DNA from: Asterias rubens
Taxonomy: Eukaryota
DNA: 64,000 nt
Assembly (NCBI RefSeq): GCF_902459465.1
Contig: NC_047073.1
Location: 1,612,001 to 1,676,000 of the forward strand
Direction: 5' to 3'
This document shows positions 1 to 13,300 of the stretch, in pieces. The translations under genes and the position numbers were made by a program. Under the pieces are notes generated by a model that was not told the DNA's origin, did not search any database, and saw nothing but the letters and a program-made list of their open reading frames with translations. Numbering within the stretch: position 1 is the stretch's first letter; every line of letters begins with the position of its first letter.

Positions 1-242
1 CATCACAGTGTTCTGATGAAGTTGGTAAAGGGAAATTGTTAAGTTGGTTGTCTGTTCCCAGAGGTAAAAACAGCTGCTTACTTCATTAAGCGACAATTAT
101 TTGATTGAAAGGATTGTTCTATCTTTCTTTGAGATTACATGAAAGTTGCCAATAGATGTCTTGTGTGCACATGGCTTGGCCACGCTTGAGCTTAGTGAGC
201 TAAACACAGCTAATCTTTGATAAGAACCCAAACACTCTACCC

Positions 243-785
243 GTGGGGTGTCGTGGCCGAGCGGATAAGAGCACCAAACTCAAGCTCTCTTGTTGCTGTT
301 CAAGAGAGTGTGGGATCGAGTCCTGGTCGTGACACTGGTGTCCCTGAGCAAGACACTTAACTATAATTGCTTCTCTCCACCCAGGTGTAAATGGGTATCG
401 TGCAGAGATGGTCCTTGTGATTTAGATTAGTAGCTCATATTTGTTGCACAGCACACAGACTGTACACTACCCAGGGAGCTGAGATGGTTTAAGGAATGAA
501 TTAAACATTAAATGACAGTGACCAGGGCTGAATTTCATAAAGCTGTTAAGCAAAATAAATTGCCTGGCAAAATTCTTTGCAAAGCAAAACATGAGTGAGG
601 TACCAGTTGCACCAATGTCAACTTTATGGAAATTTGGCTTGTTAACCAGTTTCTGTTTAAGAAGATTTTCTGTGCTTAGCAGATTTGTTTGCTTACAGGC
701 TTTCATGAAATAGGAATTGCTTTGAGGTGCCCTTCAAGTGTGTAAGGCAATTCTAATTATTATTTTATCTTATTATTATTATTAT
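243..785 (+). mobile_element. tRNA-Leu-like SINE (family A), interrupted by a MITE near 529-710
   Basis: Head GTCGTGGCCGAGCGG..TCAAG..GGGATCGAGTCC (A and B boxes), body TCCCTGAGCAAGACACTTAAC..CTCTCCACCCAGGTGTAAATGGG shared with many copies in the window, and an (ATT)n tail. Confidence 0.8.
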
Positions 786-792
786 CCCTTAC

Positions 793-3700
793 CTTTTCCT
801 CCAGATCTGACTTGGTGATGAGGATCTCCTCAGCATAGCCCACCTCCTTGTCCCTCTTAAGGCCACGCCCTTCCTTATCGCTAATCTTCCAGATCATGAG
901 TACAGCATCCTCTGATGTAGTGATGAGGTACTGGTCATCGTAAGTGATTCGCATCTACAAATAAAAAGTAATACAAATAAAATAAAGAATGAAGTTTGCA
1001 CGACACAAAGCACAATGTCCACAGACTTACATCAAACTCCCACGGTTTGAAGATAATGATGGTAGAAAACTTCCCTTAGAATATTACTTGCTGAGTGATG
1101 TTTTCAGGAGAATCGTGTTAAATACCAGTACTGGTAAATATACCTGGGCCCAATTTCATGGCTATGCTTACCGCCGAATTCGGCGCTTACGATCACGCTT
1201 ACGTGCAAGCGCCGAATTTCTGTGCTAGCCTTGTAAGCCTAGAATGCCTAGTAACGTGGAGTAAGTACGCGCAGAAGCCAAAATTCGCCGCTAACCTGTG
1301 AAATTCACTTGCCGGGCACAGAACTCCCTGCTTCCGTAAGCACCGATTCTGAGCCATAAAATTGGGCCCAGTACTGGTATTAATGTGACTCTCCAGAAAA
1401 CATCGCTCTGTGATTTTTACTTTTTTAAGCTGAAACTTCTACAGGTAACTGTGGTAACAAGTAATATGCCTGCAATTTTTTTTCACAGAACTCAGGAAAG
1501 TATAGAGTATAAAGTGCCCAAACACACATCGATGTATATGGGTAAAACCAAACATAACATTCTTCATCCCCGATGCAATTTTAACTTCTAATTCTACAGG
1601 TAAATTATATTACAAACATCTTCATTCACAGTGAGTACGGGTTCATGTCATGGCCAAAAACATGATCTACAAAATGTATCAAAACCCTTTAAAATACAGC
1701 GGTCGGATCTCACCTATGATAGTCGTGCATGGCCCATACACAAGTGTTCACTTCCAGTCATTTGTACTCGAAAATTGTTGCATACGCGTGGTTAGTTTTT
1801 AAATTAAGATGAAAATTACAAAATATGGTCACAGGAAATAGAGAAAAAATTATGCAAGAGTTTTGACAGGACTAACTTCCTACCTTAGTAACAGCTGCTC
1901 CATGGCCCATGTGTTCCTGCCATTCCCCGGGAACAGTCAGGGGAAACTTAAGGGAGCGCAGAGTACCAGTGTTGGTACCGGCGAACAGCATACGTCCACT
2001 GTGGGACATCACCACCTGGGTCAATGTGGTTTCCTGTGCATCAACATCACGCAAAATCTAGAGAAAAAAAACAAACAATGAAATAGTTTGAAATGTTCTC
2101 AGATTCACCCTTGCCCTTCCGATTCCCCTTCAGAATGGGGCTGATTGTGAAGAATTGAAACGTAGGCCAAAGTGACAACCACTTCACAGGCAGGCATACC
2201 CGTCTTATCTAAGCCCGAACATGGTCGGGTGAAGTGACATTAGAGTGGATGATTGAGGTCATCTAAAGGTACGCCAAGGGAGTAAGTTAATTAGAAGGAC
2301 ACCTAAGAATTTTGCTGGGCAAGCACAACTTTTTGAAATAAGTTTTAGTTTTTACAAAACGTACTGTGTATTGAGTGCTTTCCCTTTCCCATTAGAAACA
2401 AATCCACAAGCATCTTGGATTCAGATCCAAAAACTTAACCATTCTTTAGCTGACCACTAGACCACCACATTTTTCCAGCCTGGCAAGATAATGGGAAAAA
2501 AATCCATAAAGTTCCAAAAGAACCTTAGTTCCAGAAGAACCTTAGTTCCAGAAGAACTTACCTGTGAGTCTGAGATCTCTTTCAGGGTGCGATCTGAGCC
2601 AACAGCAAAAGTGGTCTTGCCGTCCGGCGTAGATGTGACACATGAATAACTGCAAGACTTGAGGACGCTCTCCCCTTCTCGCTTCCCAGAGTAGGCATTC
2701 CACTCGTAGACAGCTCCGTCCATACCACAGGAGATGATCTTGCTGTCATCTGCGCTCCAAACGACCGAGCGCACCTGTGCCAAGAAGAGTACTTTCATTT
2801 TTAAACATCGAACTAAAATTTTATGACGAGTCAAAATAGTCAACCTTTAGTGCACACTCGAACTTGCTAAAGTTTGCCTGTAAAAGTTGCATCGTGTGTT
2901 AATTGGAGAAGTATAATTATTCCATTCTGTGCAAGCATCCTCTTTTAGGTTGGTATACTTTAAGGATCTTGGATTTAAGATTACCTTTCCGTTGTGACCC
3001 TTCAAGTTGCTGACATTCTCAAATGTTGTCGAAGAGTAAATCTGGATCACGTTTCCATGGACCGCGGCAAAGACATGCCCACCATTGCTGAATGAACACT
3101 GTGAATTAAAGACAGAGGAACATCACAAATAAGATTCATATTGAACTGCCTAAAAAAAAATTGTCAATGGGTTTGGTCCGGCTAGAACATACTGCTTTGG
3201 TCAGACAATGTCTATATGTGATCCTAGTTAGTTAATTAGTTTGGTTTGTCTGTGAACATGATGAACATGCTACAAACAGACGCGGTCTGTGTGCACACAT
3301 ACATTCCTTCGACGCCCAACCGCACCACGTCTAGTCCCTGGTATGATCAAAGTACAGCAATTCAGTTTGTAGTTTGTCCTTCTCATTTTAAGTACATTGC
3401 AACTCCATCTAATTGCAGGGCGGGATGGTCGCTCGAAGCACCATTCCAATCAAACCTTTCCCAGCCAGTCCATGGAGTTTGTAACAGACCGTAAAAAAAT
3501 TGCTACAACGTCCACTCCGTTTGGACACAGTTTAAGCCTGTTCGGCTATACTTTTCAGGACATAGTGAGAAATGAGTTCGGTGTGATGGGGGTATACGGC
3601 TCTCTTAATATGTATGCATAAGTACATCACAATTCTAACCCAAAACAAGGCCATAGGCGCAGCCACTGCAAGTGATGGCGGACGTGCGCCTATGGCCTCA

Positions 3701-6700
3701 TTTTGGGTAAGAATTATGACGTCATGCATGAATATTAAGAGAGGCGTATCAGAAGGAAACTACTCGATCTGTTTACCTCTCTACAGCCCCTGATGGTGAA
3801 CTCCTTAAAGGTACGTATGTCATCAATAAGGAGATTCATCAGACGGAGTTTATCACTGAAGCCAACGAGAACGTAAAGACCCGAGGGATGTAGAGCGATG
3901 CTGTACGCCTCCTCTTGGAACTCTTTGTGTAATTCCAAAGCACTGTAGGAAAAAAAAATTAAAAAATTGTTACAAGAGATATTTTAATATAAATATGTAT
4001 CATCGTCGCCGTTGTCCTATGAGTCATGGCTGACCCTTTGTGACCCCGATTATGATGGAGTTCCACTTTTGCCTATCCAGTGCAGATCGATATGCATCAT
4101 TTATTGATAAGCCTGTGAGAGCTTTGATTCCGTCTGTCCAATAAAGTTGTTGACGGCCACGTGAGAGACTACCTTCAACCTCAGGGAGTGAAGTATTGAA
4201 GCTTGTACTTCACACTGAAATAGGGAACGTCTCAAAAGCTGGAACAGCGGGAACATAGCTCTAGCTACCGGACAATCTTGGTGGTCTAGTTGGTAAGACA
4301 CTGCTCTAGAAAAGCAAAGGTTGTGGGTTTGAATACCAATCAAGTAATATGCCTGTGATTTTTCTTCACAGAGCTCGGGAAAGTACGGAATAAGTGTAAA
4401 ACCAAACTTAAAATTCAGATAATAAAATAAGATAAGATAACAAATCCATTATCCCACACTGGGGAAATTAAAACTGGCCTTGATTCAAACAGTACAGACA
4501 AACACACTAAATGTGTATAACAATAAACAGACAGTACAAAAAGACAGTATAAACATACAGTATACAATACAATATTGTGTGCTTCAACTTTCCTCTGATG
4601 GAATTCCAAGGTATTAGTTTTGAAAAGTGACAAGCTTCTGTTTTGTAAGACAAAGTAAAACAATACCCTGCAAGATCAAAATTTAATAAAATTATGCACT
4701 TGAAATTATTCTTTATACTTACGTTGTCTCGTAGTTCCAGATACGTACAGTCCGGTCGATTGAGCATGTGGCAATGAGAGGTTTTCTAGCGCAGACATCC
4801 AGACCAGTTATCATGTTGTAATGGAACGGCTGGGCCAACAGCTCAAAGGTTGCCGAGTCACCTTGCTGTTTAGACAAACAAGAGATTTCATTCACATTAT
4901 CACATTGTTACAAAAGGGTCTGAGCCAGATCATTTGCCTTTGTTTTGGAAAGAAATTCGAAACAAACATGGCCGACAAAAAAAACGAATTCTGTGCTTAC
5001 AATCACCATTCTCTGCTTACGTGCAAGCGCCGAAGTTCTGCACTAGCTGTATAAGCGTAGAATGCCAAGTAATGTGGAGTACGCACGCTTATAAGCCAAA
5101 ATTCCCAGCTAACCCATGAAATACGCTTGGCCTAAGCACAGAATTCACTGCTTCCGTAAGCGTCAATTATGTGCTTACGGTAAGCAGAGCAATGAAATTA
5201 GGCCCTCTTTTATGCAATTGGGCCTAGATTTGATTGAAAATTTTCATGAGACATACTATTACCTTGCCAAGATCAGCACTGGACAACGTCATGCAATAGA
5301 GCTGGTTGGTTATCGTGCTAGCGACGAGCGTTTCTTCAGAGGGACTGACGGTTAACATCTTAATCTGATGTGCTTCAGCCCGGCTTGGGTCTCCTCCAAG
5401 GACATCGTAAGGAATCTGTTGTGAAAAGTCAATAAAGGAATGAAGAAGTCACTCTTGTGTCCTTACACACAGACCAATAGCTTGACCAAGCATCAAGGGC
5501 CAGTCACACGTGTCCTTACACACGGGACCAATAGCTTGACCAAGCATCAAGGGCCAGTCACACGTGTCCTTACACACGGGACCAATAGCTTGACCAAGCA
5601 TCAAGGGCCAATCACACGTGTCCTTACACACAGACCAATATATAGCTTGACCAAGAATCAAGGGCCAGTCACACGTGTCCTTACACACGGGACCAATAGC
5701 TTGACCAAGCATCAAGGGCCAGTCACACGTGTCCTTACACACGGGACCAATAGCTTGACCAAGCATCAAGGGCCAGTCACACTGCAGTGATAACGAAAAC
5801 AATAAGGACCACGACCAGAGAGAACGCATTCTATTGGTTGAATTGCTCCGCGCAAAATACTCACACGCTCATTCAACCAATCGAGGGCGTGCATTGTAAA
5901 TGTGATCGTTGTCGTGTTCATTATCGCTGCAGGGTGACTGGCCCTTAATGGTTAAGAGTCTTGCTTAATGACACAGGTGTCACGACTGGGACTCGAACCC
6001 ACACTCTGCTGATCAGAAAGACCGGTGCTCTGAACCGCTAGGCAACAACACGCCACAACTAACCTTTATTTCTCTGGTCTTCTTGTAGAAGTCTTTATCT
6101 TCTGTCTTCTCATACAGATGTACAATTCCTTTACCACCGGAGCAAGCGAAGCCCTTGGAGTATGCTACGATGGCACCCACAGAGGGTGGGCCCGAACTAG
6201 CCGGTTCCCCTTCAGATATGCTACCCATGGCATTCCTGTATAATCGGACAACCAAACAACACAAAAACGCAATCATTAAACTGGTTACCCTGTGTCTTTA
6301 ACTTAAAGTCTGCCCAAGTTAGTCAATATGTAATGTCAATGTTGTATAGATATATTGCACTTTCTTTTGTATTTATATTTTGCTTGTACAGCGCCATGAG
6401 CGTCATGCCTGACGAACCTGAGCACTCTATAAGAGACCACTATTATTATTAATATTATTATTATTATTCTAATAAAAATAGTAATCATAATAACAATACT
6501 TGAAAGTATTGTTTCAAGCTTTGCATTGTGTGGAGAAATAGGAAAATCTATAAATAAATAGTTTACTTTTTGTTTATAGAAGATTTGACCTCTGATGTCA
6601 CTCGAAAACCATAACATGATTCGCGTGCATACCACCAGGCAAAACCTTTGTGTTTTGGCAGCCAGCTAGAAAGTGTATGCAATCTTACCCGGTCTACGCG

Positions 6701-7966
6701 TCTTTTTGCCCGGCGAACCATGACGTATACAGTGTTTTGTCAACAGAGGGTGGTTTGAATGTAAACATAGGTCACATCGTCTATAGTTTCTTCCTATTTT
6801 TTATTATTACCTTTCTGAATCCTTGCTCTGAGCAGACACCATGACGGCCAGCTCATTCTTTAACTCTCCAGCCTCAAACAGAAGAAGTTTAGCATTATCC
6901 GTTCCGACAATGACCCTCTCGTCCGACACCCAGGCATGGGAGAGGAAATTCTGCGGCTCCATCTTCTGGAAAGCAAACTGCTTGAGGTTCCCTTCGCTGT
7001 AGCGGTACAACTTAAAGATGCCGTTGCCGACAACGCATACTTGAGTGTTGTCTTGTGGGTTGAATGAGACCTGTAAAAACACAAAGATGATCAGTTAAGA
7101 AAGGGAACACAAAAGAACAAATTTTCTACCGGCATGTTTGGCAGTGCTTCAAAATGACGAAACTTTATTTGTTGAGTTTCTTATCTAAAGTGACATGAGA
7201 ACACTCACATGCAACCAATTTCAAGAAATCTCAAGTTAGGTTTACACACAATTTTGGAAGGATTGATGACTAGAGCAAGCTAGTCAAAATGTTGAAACCA
7301 GTTAGAAGCTAAAAACAACTTAGAAATCTCCTGAATTCCAAAAAACTACTATGCAATAGTAGAATATAAAGCAAGACAAGTTCTCAAAAAAACATAATCT
7401 ACCTAGCAAGTAGATACTCACATGGCGTTACCGCAAAACAATACTTATTGATACCTCACCATGCAATGCCTCAAATCCCATATAAAATGACATACCTGGT
7501 ACACGTCATTGTTCGTAGCGTTAGTGGTCTTTGTGACGGCCATGACTTTAGACTTCTCCCACGTCCAGTACACCAGAGTCCAGTCTGGTTTCCCGCCCTG
7601 CGCAATCAGATACTTGGAATCAGGAGAAAACGCCATACTGACAATCTCGTTTGACTGGATATCCGTCGAGCTAAGAACCTTTCGTCTCCTTAGGGAATGA
7701 AGGTCGTATATTGTGACGGTGGCCTTCTCCGCTCCTTTCTCAGCCACGGCGACATAACGTCGATTAGGACTAACACACATGGATGTTGTGCCCAGAGTTT
7801 TGTCAGATCCAGGGATGAATTTCTGGGATTTTTGGTCGATGTTGTATAGGATTGTGTTTGCACCGGATGGATAAACAATGGTCTGTTCATCGACGTAGTT
7901 GATGTTGCCAGTGATCTCACCTTTGAGACCAAAGACATGTTTCATCTGAGCTATGGCAATCGCCAT
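793..7966 (-). CDS. CFAP57: Cilia- and flagella-associated protein 57 (WDR65), 5' part. Coding exons (minus): 7966-7496, 7070-6811, 6235-6064, 5415-5263, 4865-4723, 3942-3777, 3098-2985, 2774-2562, 2057-1884, 954-793. Coiled-coil C-terminus lies beyond position 1.
   Basis: All exons have GT/AG ends and join in phase. Peptides match recalled vertebrate CFAP57 in order: [142 protein letters not shown]. Confidence 0.96.
1146..1369. mobile_element. Palindromic MITE family D; copies at about 4975-5225, 19623-19898, 30047-30270, 51815-52066
   Basis: TIR GGGCCCAATTTCATGGCTCTGCTTACCG and reverse; internal GCGTAAGCACAGAATTC motifs recur in all copies. Confidence 0.8.
2511..2560. repeat. 3 x 17-bp repeat ending at a CFAP57 splice donor
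   Basis: GTTCCA(A/G)AAGAACCTTA at 2511, 2528 and 2545; the last copy runs into the donor at 2560-2561. Confidence 0.75.
4265..4400 (+). mobile_element. SINE family D fragment; related copies at about 29630-29730 (+) and 45540-45690 (-)
   Basis: tRNA-like GGT..AGTTGGTAAGACACTGCTCTAGAA..GTGGGTTTGAAT followed by GTAA.ATGCCTGTGATTTT, shared among the copies. Confidence 0.6.
5455..5783. repeat. Tandem array of about 6 x 54 bp in a CFAP57 intron
   Basis: ACCAATAGCTTGACCAAGCATCAAGGGCCAGTCACACGTGTCCTTACACACGGG, with unit starts at 5473, 5527, 5581, 5634, 5692, 5746. Confidence 0.95.
5767..5947. mobile_element. MITE with TIR AAGGGCCAGTCAC.CTGCAG (PIF/Harbinger-like)
   Basis: Left end AAGGGCCAGTCACACTGCAGTGATAA; right end TTATCGCTGCAGGGTGACTGGCCCTTAA. 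Superfamily inferred from the GGGCC-type terminus only. Confidence 0.7.
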
Positions 7967-8794
7967 CTTGACCTGAAGTTAAAAAAAGAAAAGCATTAGT
8001 TAGAAATCATCAAATAGATAGGTGATACAAAGTTACTTAAAATCTTGACATTGTTGTTCCGTTTTTTAACAGCTTATTCTCTTTTTCACTTTTAAAAAAA
8101 CATTATAAGTTTTTTTTAAAAGTAAATGAGACTGAAGAACTTAATTATACTTTTAATAAGAACAAGGATTAGAAATAACAAGGTATGATGGTTGAAAATG
8201 CAGTTTAAATTGCCCCACATCATTACGAATCTTAATGTAAGAACATAAAAAATATTTTAAGTGGAAAAAAAACTTAATTAAAATTATCTTAAATTAAAAA
8301 GATAATCAAAGAGTTTTTCGGCAAAGGTCGGGTTAATAAATTAAACTTATTATAGGTAAAACTAGAACGGAATATTTGTTATCTGATTTGACCCATGTTG
8401 GCATGTTTGGCATGTTGGTGTAAGGGGGTGATTATTGAGGTAAATTCGTGATGAATAAAACAAATAATGATGCCTAGTATTTTTCCTTTCAAAAAAGTTA
8501 GCTCTTCTTGTTGTCGTCAACCATGTCAAATAAGCCTGACGAATTATGGATAAATACCTTTTACGAGAGGATATTGAAAAATATTGAACAATTTATTAAA
8601 TAAGTTACATTGAAAAATACAGTTTCCAAGTGTCGGAAATACATGCTCAAAGACTAACACAACGTACAGTTCAGCCGGTTCGTCGTAAATTAAAATTTAG
8701 ACAAAAACAATGCAAGTTTTTGTGGACCTGAATTCTGAAAATTCACAGACAATATTTTGAATCGATGTTATATAATGAAAAATTAATATCTTAC

Positions 8795-8931
8795 CTTTTA
8801 TTTTACTTCCGGCCAATGTCCAATTTTGTCTTAGTATCTTTTTATTATGAATTTTTCGATCCGACGATTTGTTGACGATCTTCACAGCCCGGAAATCTTG
8901 GTCCCCATATTGATATCGTTGTCATGTCAAC
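8795..8931 (-). promoter_or_regulatory. Putative CFAP57 non-coding first exon and promoter with an RFX X-box
   Basis: The ATG exon is preceded by an acceptor (exon starts 7972), so a 5' UTR exon must exist. Strong minus-strand donor AAAG|GTAAGA at 8795/8794. ETS-like CCGGAA cores near 8806 and 8889. X-box-like GTTGTCATGTCAAC at 8918-8931. Confidence 0.55.
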
Positions 8932-10132
8932 ATCCACTTGCTAGCAGGTCACCGTTCAAATAAACCTCGCCTCCGCTATTCTATTCGCACGCGACGTCTG
9001 GGAACCAGATTTTTCCCAGGTCGTACAGTACTCGACGGCTGTTTCCAGCGTAAGTTTTTTCTAAGTTCGCAATCAAGAAACATGCAGGGGCACCAGTTCA
9101 CGCTCAACTTTGGGTCACCTGACCCGATCAGGCTGTTCCATTTATTAAACTTACTGCTGGCTTTGCTTATTATACTGCGGCTTATACTCTATAAGCATAA
9201 TAATAATTTGTTTTTTAAATGATTTGTCTCTAATGATTGTTTCTGATTGATCGAAATTCTGATTGATCAAAATCCTGCCTGGAATTCCTTTAGGCAGTTT
9301 GTACACTAGCCAAAACCTAAAATAATTGTGCTCATATAGGCCTCAACTCTTATTTTGAATAAAAAAAGAGCACTTCTCAAACATTGCTAAGCTTTTACTT
9401 TTGTATATCTGTTGAGTTCATGTCTAAATTATCACCCAAAATGTCAACATTTCCCATAGGACTAGTGTAGCACCTTGCCTGCCAGAAAGGCACTGGAATA
9501 ATCTGAAGGTTCCTTTTCTATTGTTTTGTTTGACCTTTTCACTGTTGTGTACAAAAAAATGTATACACAATGCTTTCTGTGTCTATAGTGGTAAAAAGAA
9601 AGAAAAATGCTACCAGTACAACAATTGTTGAAACAAAAATCCATATCTCACATTAAGTAATATTAGAGCTTTTATTATCTTGTATTTACAAAAAATAGAA
9701 CTACTCAAATGATGTTTGAAAAAGTGGCACTCTAATGAATTTAATTCGGAAAAGATGTAACATTTGCACTTGGGGAGGGGGGGGGGGATGAGACTTGGCA
9801 AGAGCAAATAATCCCTTAAGGAATACATAATCTGAAAAGCAATGTCGCATTAATGCTTCTTATATTCAAAATTTGTTGGGAGAAAAAGAGATATATTTTT
9901 TAATAACCAGAGTGCTTCGAGGTGAACTGTTTTCTCAAAATGCATTTCCTATTCAAAGCTGCCGTTATGCTTATACAACGTAGCTTTTATAGCCATTTAT
10001 TTTCAGAGCGTTACCAAACGTATGCAGGCTCTTTAAGAAGGGAGTAAATATGGCACTTTTCTCCCTGATAATTTTACTTTAAAAACATTAATTTTATATT
10101 CTGTAATTGTTTGCATGCGTTACAGGGAGATA

Positions 10133-10203
10133 TTCAAACTTGTTCATCAGAGCATGGAAAGATTGGTTTCAAACTTGTTTATCAGAGCATGGAAAGATTG
10201 GTT
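10133..10203. repeat. Tandem duplication, 35-bp period, in the presumed CZIB 3' UTR
   Basis: TTCAAACTTGTT.ATCAGAGCATGGAAAGATTGGT at 10133 and 10168. Confidence 0.85.
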
Positions 10204-10345
10204 TACTTTCAGGGAACTTTTTGCAGAATCAGGAAGATTTGGCAGCTCCCTCCCCTCTCCACTCCTCTGCAATTTCGAGCACATCCCCTTTCCCCCTCAC
10301 TTTGTCTGTCTGTTTTTCTCAGCAGTCTAAACACTATGGAGTTGT

Positions 10346-13300
10346 TCATTTCATAGTAACGAAACGACTTTCAAATTCGTCGATACTCACAGGAAGGTTT
10401 GTCTTTTCATCGTAGTCCGCCCACTCCTGGAACAAAAGTCACAAAAAGTTAACGATAAAGAAAATACGATGGAAAAACTTAATTAAAGAACAAAGCAAAA
10501 TCTTAACTCATGATTATATTGTTTTTGGGTTTTTTTAATCGCTGGATATGAACTATGCTAGTCTTGTTCATAGTAACCGATATCTCACTAACTTTTTCTG
10601 TCAAATCAACTTCAAATTGTGTCGTTGAATCTGCTCCTTTCGCCTGAAATCCCACCTGACAAAAAGAAAACGAAACGGTCAAGTAAATTAAGAGAAAGTA
10701 CAGCAACGGTTGAATGCAATGTTGCTATTATCAACAGTTGGTGCTATAGGTAGGGTGATAAATTGTTAATGTTTTTTTGTCAACAAAAAAGCTGATGTAT
10801 TAGCCACAAATATCAAGAAAGATGCAATATAAGTGAATGTTTCGTCTGGACTACAGGGTCTACAGACAGCAACAAAACCTGTCATTGTATTTTCACAAGA
10901 ACATCCAATCCATCCATGTTAATGCAGGAATCAATTCTCAGATTCAAACGATTTTATTGATTTCTGAACACTGAGGGGCATTTCAGACAAAAAATTCGCA
11001 GGATGCTTTCTACCATTACCATTTTAATAACAAATAAGCTTTCAGATAGAAGCTACATCAGTTTTTAAAATTTTTTTGGGGGGGAGCAGGGGGTCATTAG
11101 TCCAAAGTAAGACCCTACCAATGCCCTGAATTTCATCTTGAAAGGGCAAATCCATTTTCATTTTGCAAAGGGCACTTCCATTGGAAAATCTTAAGGCCAA
11201 TAGAAATGTTTTGAAGGAACACCAAGGCCACGACCAGGGGCAAGGGAGACCACGTCCTTCGTAGCCTGTATGTAAGTCCAGGGGTGGATTTCACAAAGAG
11301 TGAAGACTAGTCTTAACTCGAGTTACTCTTCCTAACTTAGGACTGTACATACGTTTTTAATATCTCCTAGTAACTCTTTGTGAAATCGACCCCAGGCCTG
11401 CCTACCTTTAACAAATTCTTTAACAGTTAGTTTAAAATTAAAGGAACACGTTGCCTTGGATCGGTCGAGTTGGTCTTTGAAAAGCGTTCTGTAACCGTTT
11501 GTTATAAAAATGCATATGATTAGAAAGATGTTGTAAAAGTAGGATACAATGACTAACATGGTCAGCCATTTATGGGAGTCAATTTTTTTACTCCCATAAA
11601 AGGCGACCGTGTTAGTTCGCGACATAAAAGGAAAACTGTGCAATTTTGAGTGATACTTGTGTGGATCATTATATTCTACTTTTAAAACATCTTTCTAACC
11701 ATATGCATTTTATCACAAATGGTTACTAACGCCTTTTTTAGACCAACTCATCCGATCCAAGGCAACGTGTTCCTTTAATGAAAAATTAATTATTCTTCGG
11801 TTTATAAGACTGAAAACAAATTACCCTTGGTGAGAAGTCCACTGGTTCCATTCCTCTACATTCAAAACCAATTATCGTCTTGAACTTGTTGCTGTCCTCT
11901 GCATTATAAGCTTTATATGAATCCTTCAATATATCTTCAGAAAAAAATGGGAGGAAACAATTTCCAAATAAGTATACATTTTTAAGGGAGGCTCATAGAT
12001 TTGTCACCGTAAGAGTGATTTACAGTTAAAATGACAAAGATACAATAAAAGTCATAATGAGTGCATTTGACTAGCTTCCCTGGGTCGACCCCGCGGTGCT
12101 TACTCAGGTGAGCCCCTGACAAGAGCTAATCAAATGATCACTCGCCCTCTTGTGGTGACGTCATGCACCTCGAGCTAGCCCCAAGTGACCCGTTCCACAA
12201 GCAGTGCACTTGGGGCTGACCAGAGTGAGCCCCTGGAATTACGTCAAAGCTATTCGAACAGACCGGGGGCAGATCGGGACGACCCGGGAAGCTAATCAAA
12301 CCCACCCATAGTGAAAGATTCAGCTATAAACAACACAGCATGAAACTGAATGTCACAACTATCAATGCTTACAGCGAGGTGACAGCGGGTACAAACCGCA
12401 TCACTGGCCTTAGCATTCATGAATAGACACTAAGCCTCAGAAATCTAAGAGACGAGTCAAGCATGAATCGTTTCTGAGATTCAATTGTTTTCATAAACAT
12501 TTGAATTCCTCACCTTATTGAGACAGTTGCTATGTTACATGATTCGGGGCAAGCTTTTGAGTAGTTACGTGAACACCCATACACAATTCCGAATCAGGCT
12601 TTGTTCATCTTGAGGTTGCATTGCGAAGGATTGCCCCAAACTATTTGACATAGCATCTGTCTCTATAGTCTGAGGACTTCAAATGTAAGCGGTACATTGT
12701 GACTAAGCAAGTCATCGTACCAGACATTATTCAAATCTAACTCGCAAATGGCTTATTCGTTCCCTTTAACATCCCAACTGACCGATGTGATTTTCCCGGC
12801 TGCACATTTTGCACTTTGACACCATGCTTGCTGACCCCCGACCTCCTTTGGTTGGTGTATTTTCCTGTGTTAAAAAAAGCAATACACAAGAAAAAAAAGT
12901 ACATAAATTTTAAGTAGGGGCAATCCATTACCAGACCAACTCCACCCACAACCTCCAGAAAAAAGGGGGGGGCAGGAAACAAATAAGCGGTTTCAAGCAA
13001 TGGTGTTTCTGTTCAGTAGAATGTGGGTTTGAGTCCCATTCAAGACACGTGTGTCCTTAAGCAAGCATGATGCTTCGTCCTTCGGATGGGACAAAAGGCT
13101 GTTGGTCCTGTGTGTTGTGTAACGCGTGAAAAAGAACCAAGCTCATTATTGTAAAGAGAAGGGGTTCGTCCCGGTGTTCCTGGTTTGATTGGCTGCATTT
13201 TGCGCAATAGCACCTTGTAAACCATTATGGTGCTGTGTTAACGGAGTTGGTTTCATAATTCAAACATAGTTCCACACACCTTGCAGGAAAATACTGAATG

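Noticed and set aside
13-40. CTGATGA...GAAA hammerhead core
   Set aside because: The intervening bases cannot form stem II; likely chance.
5440-5829. Repetitive ORFs of 116 aa (+) and 126 aa (-)
   Set aside because: By-products of a 54-bp unit (a multiple of 3) in a CFAP57 intron; no splice support or homology.
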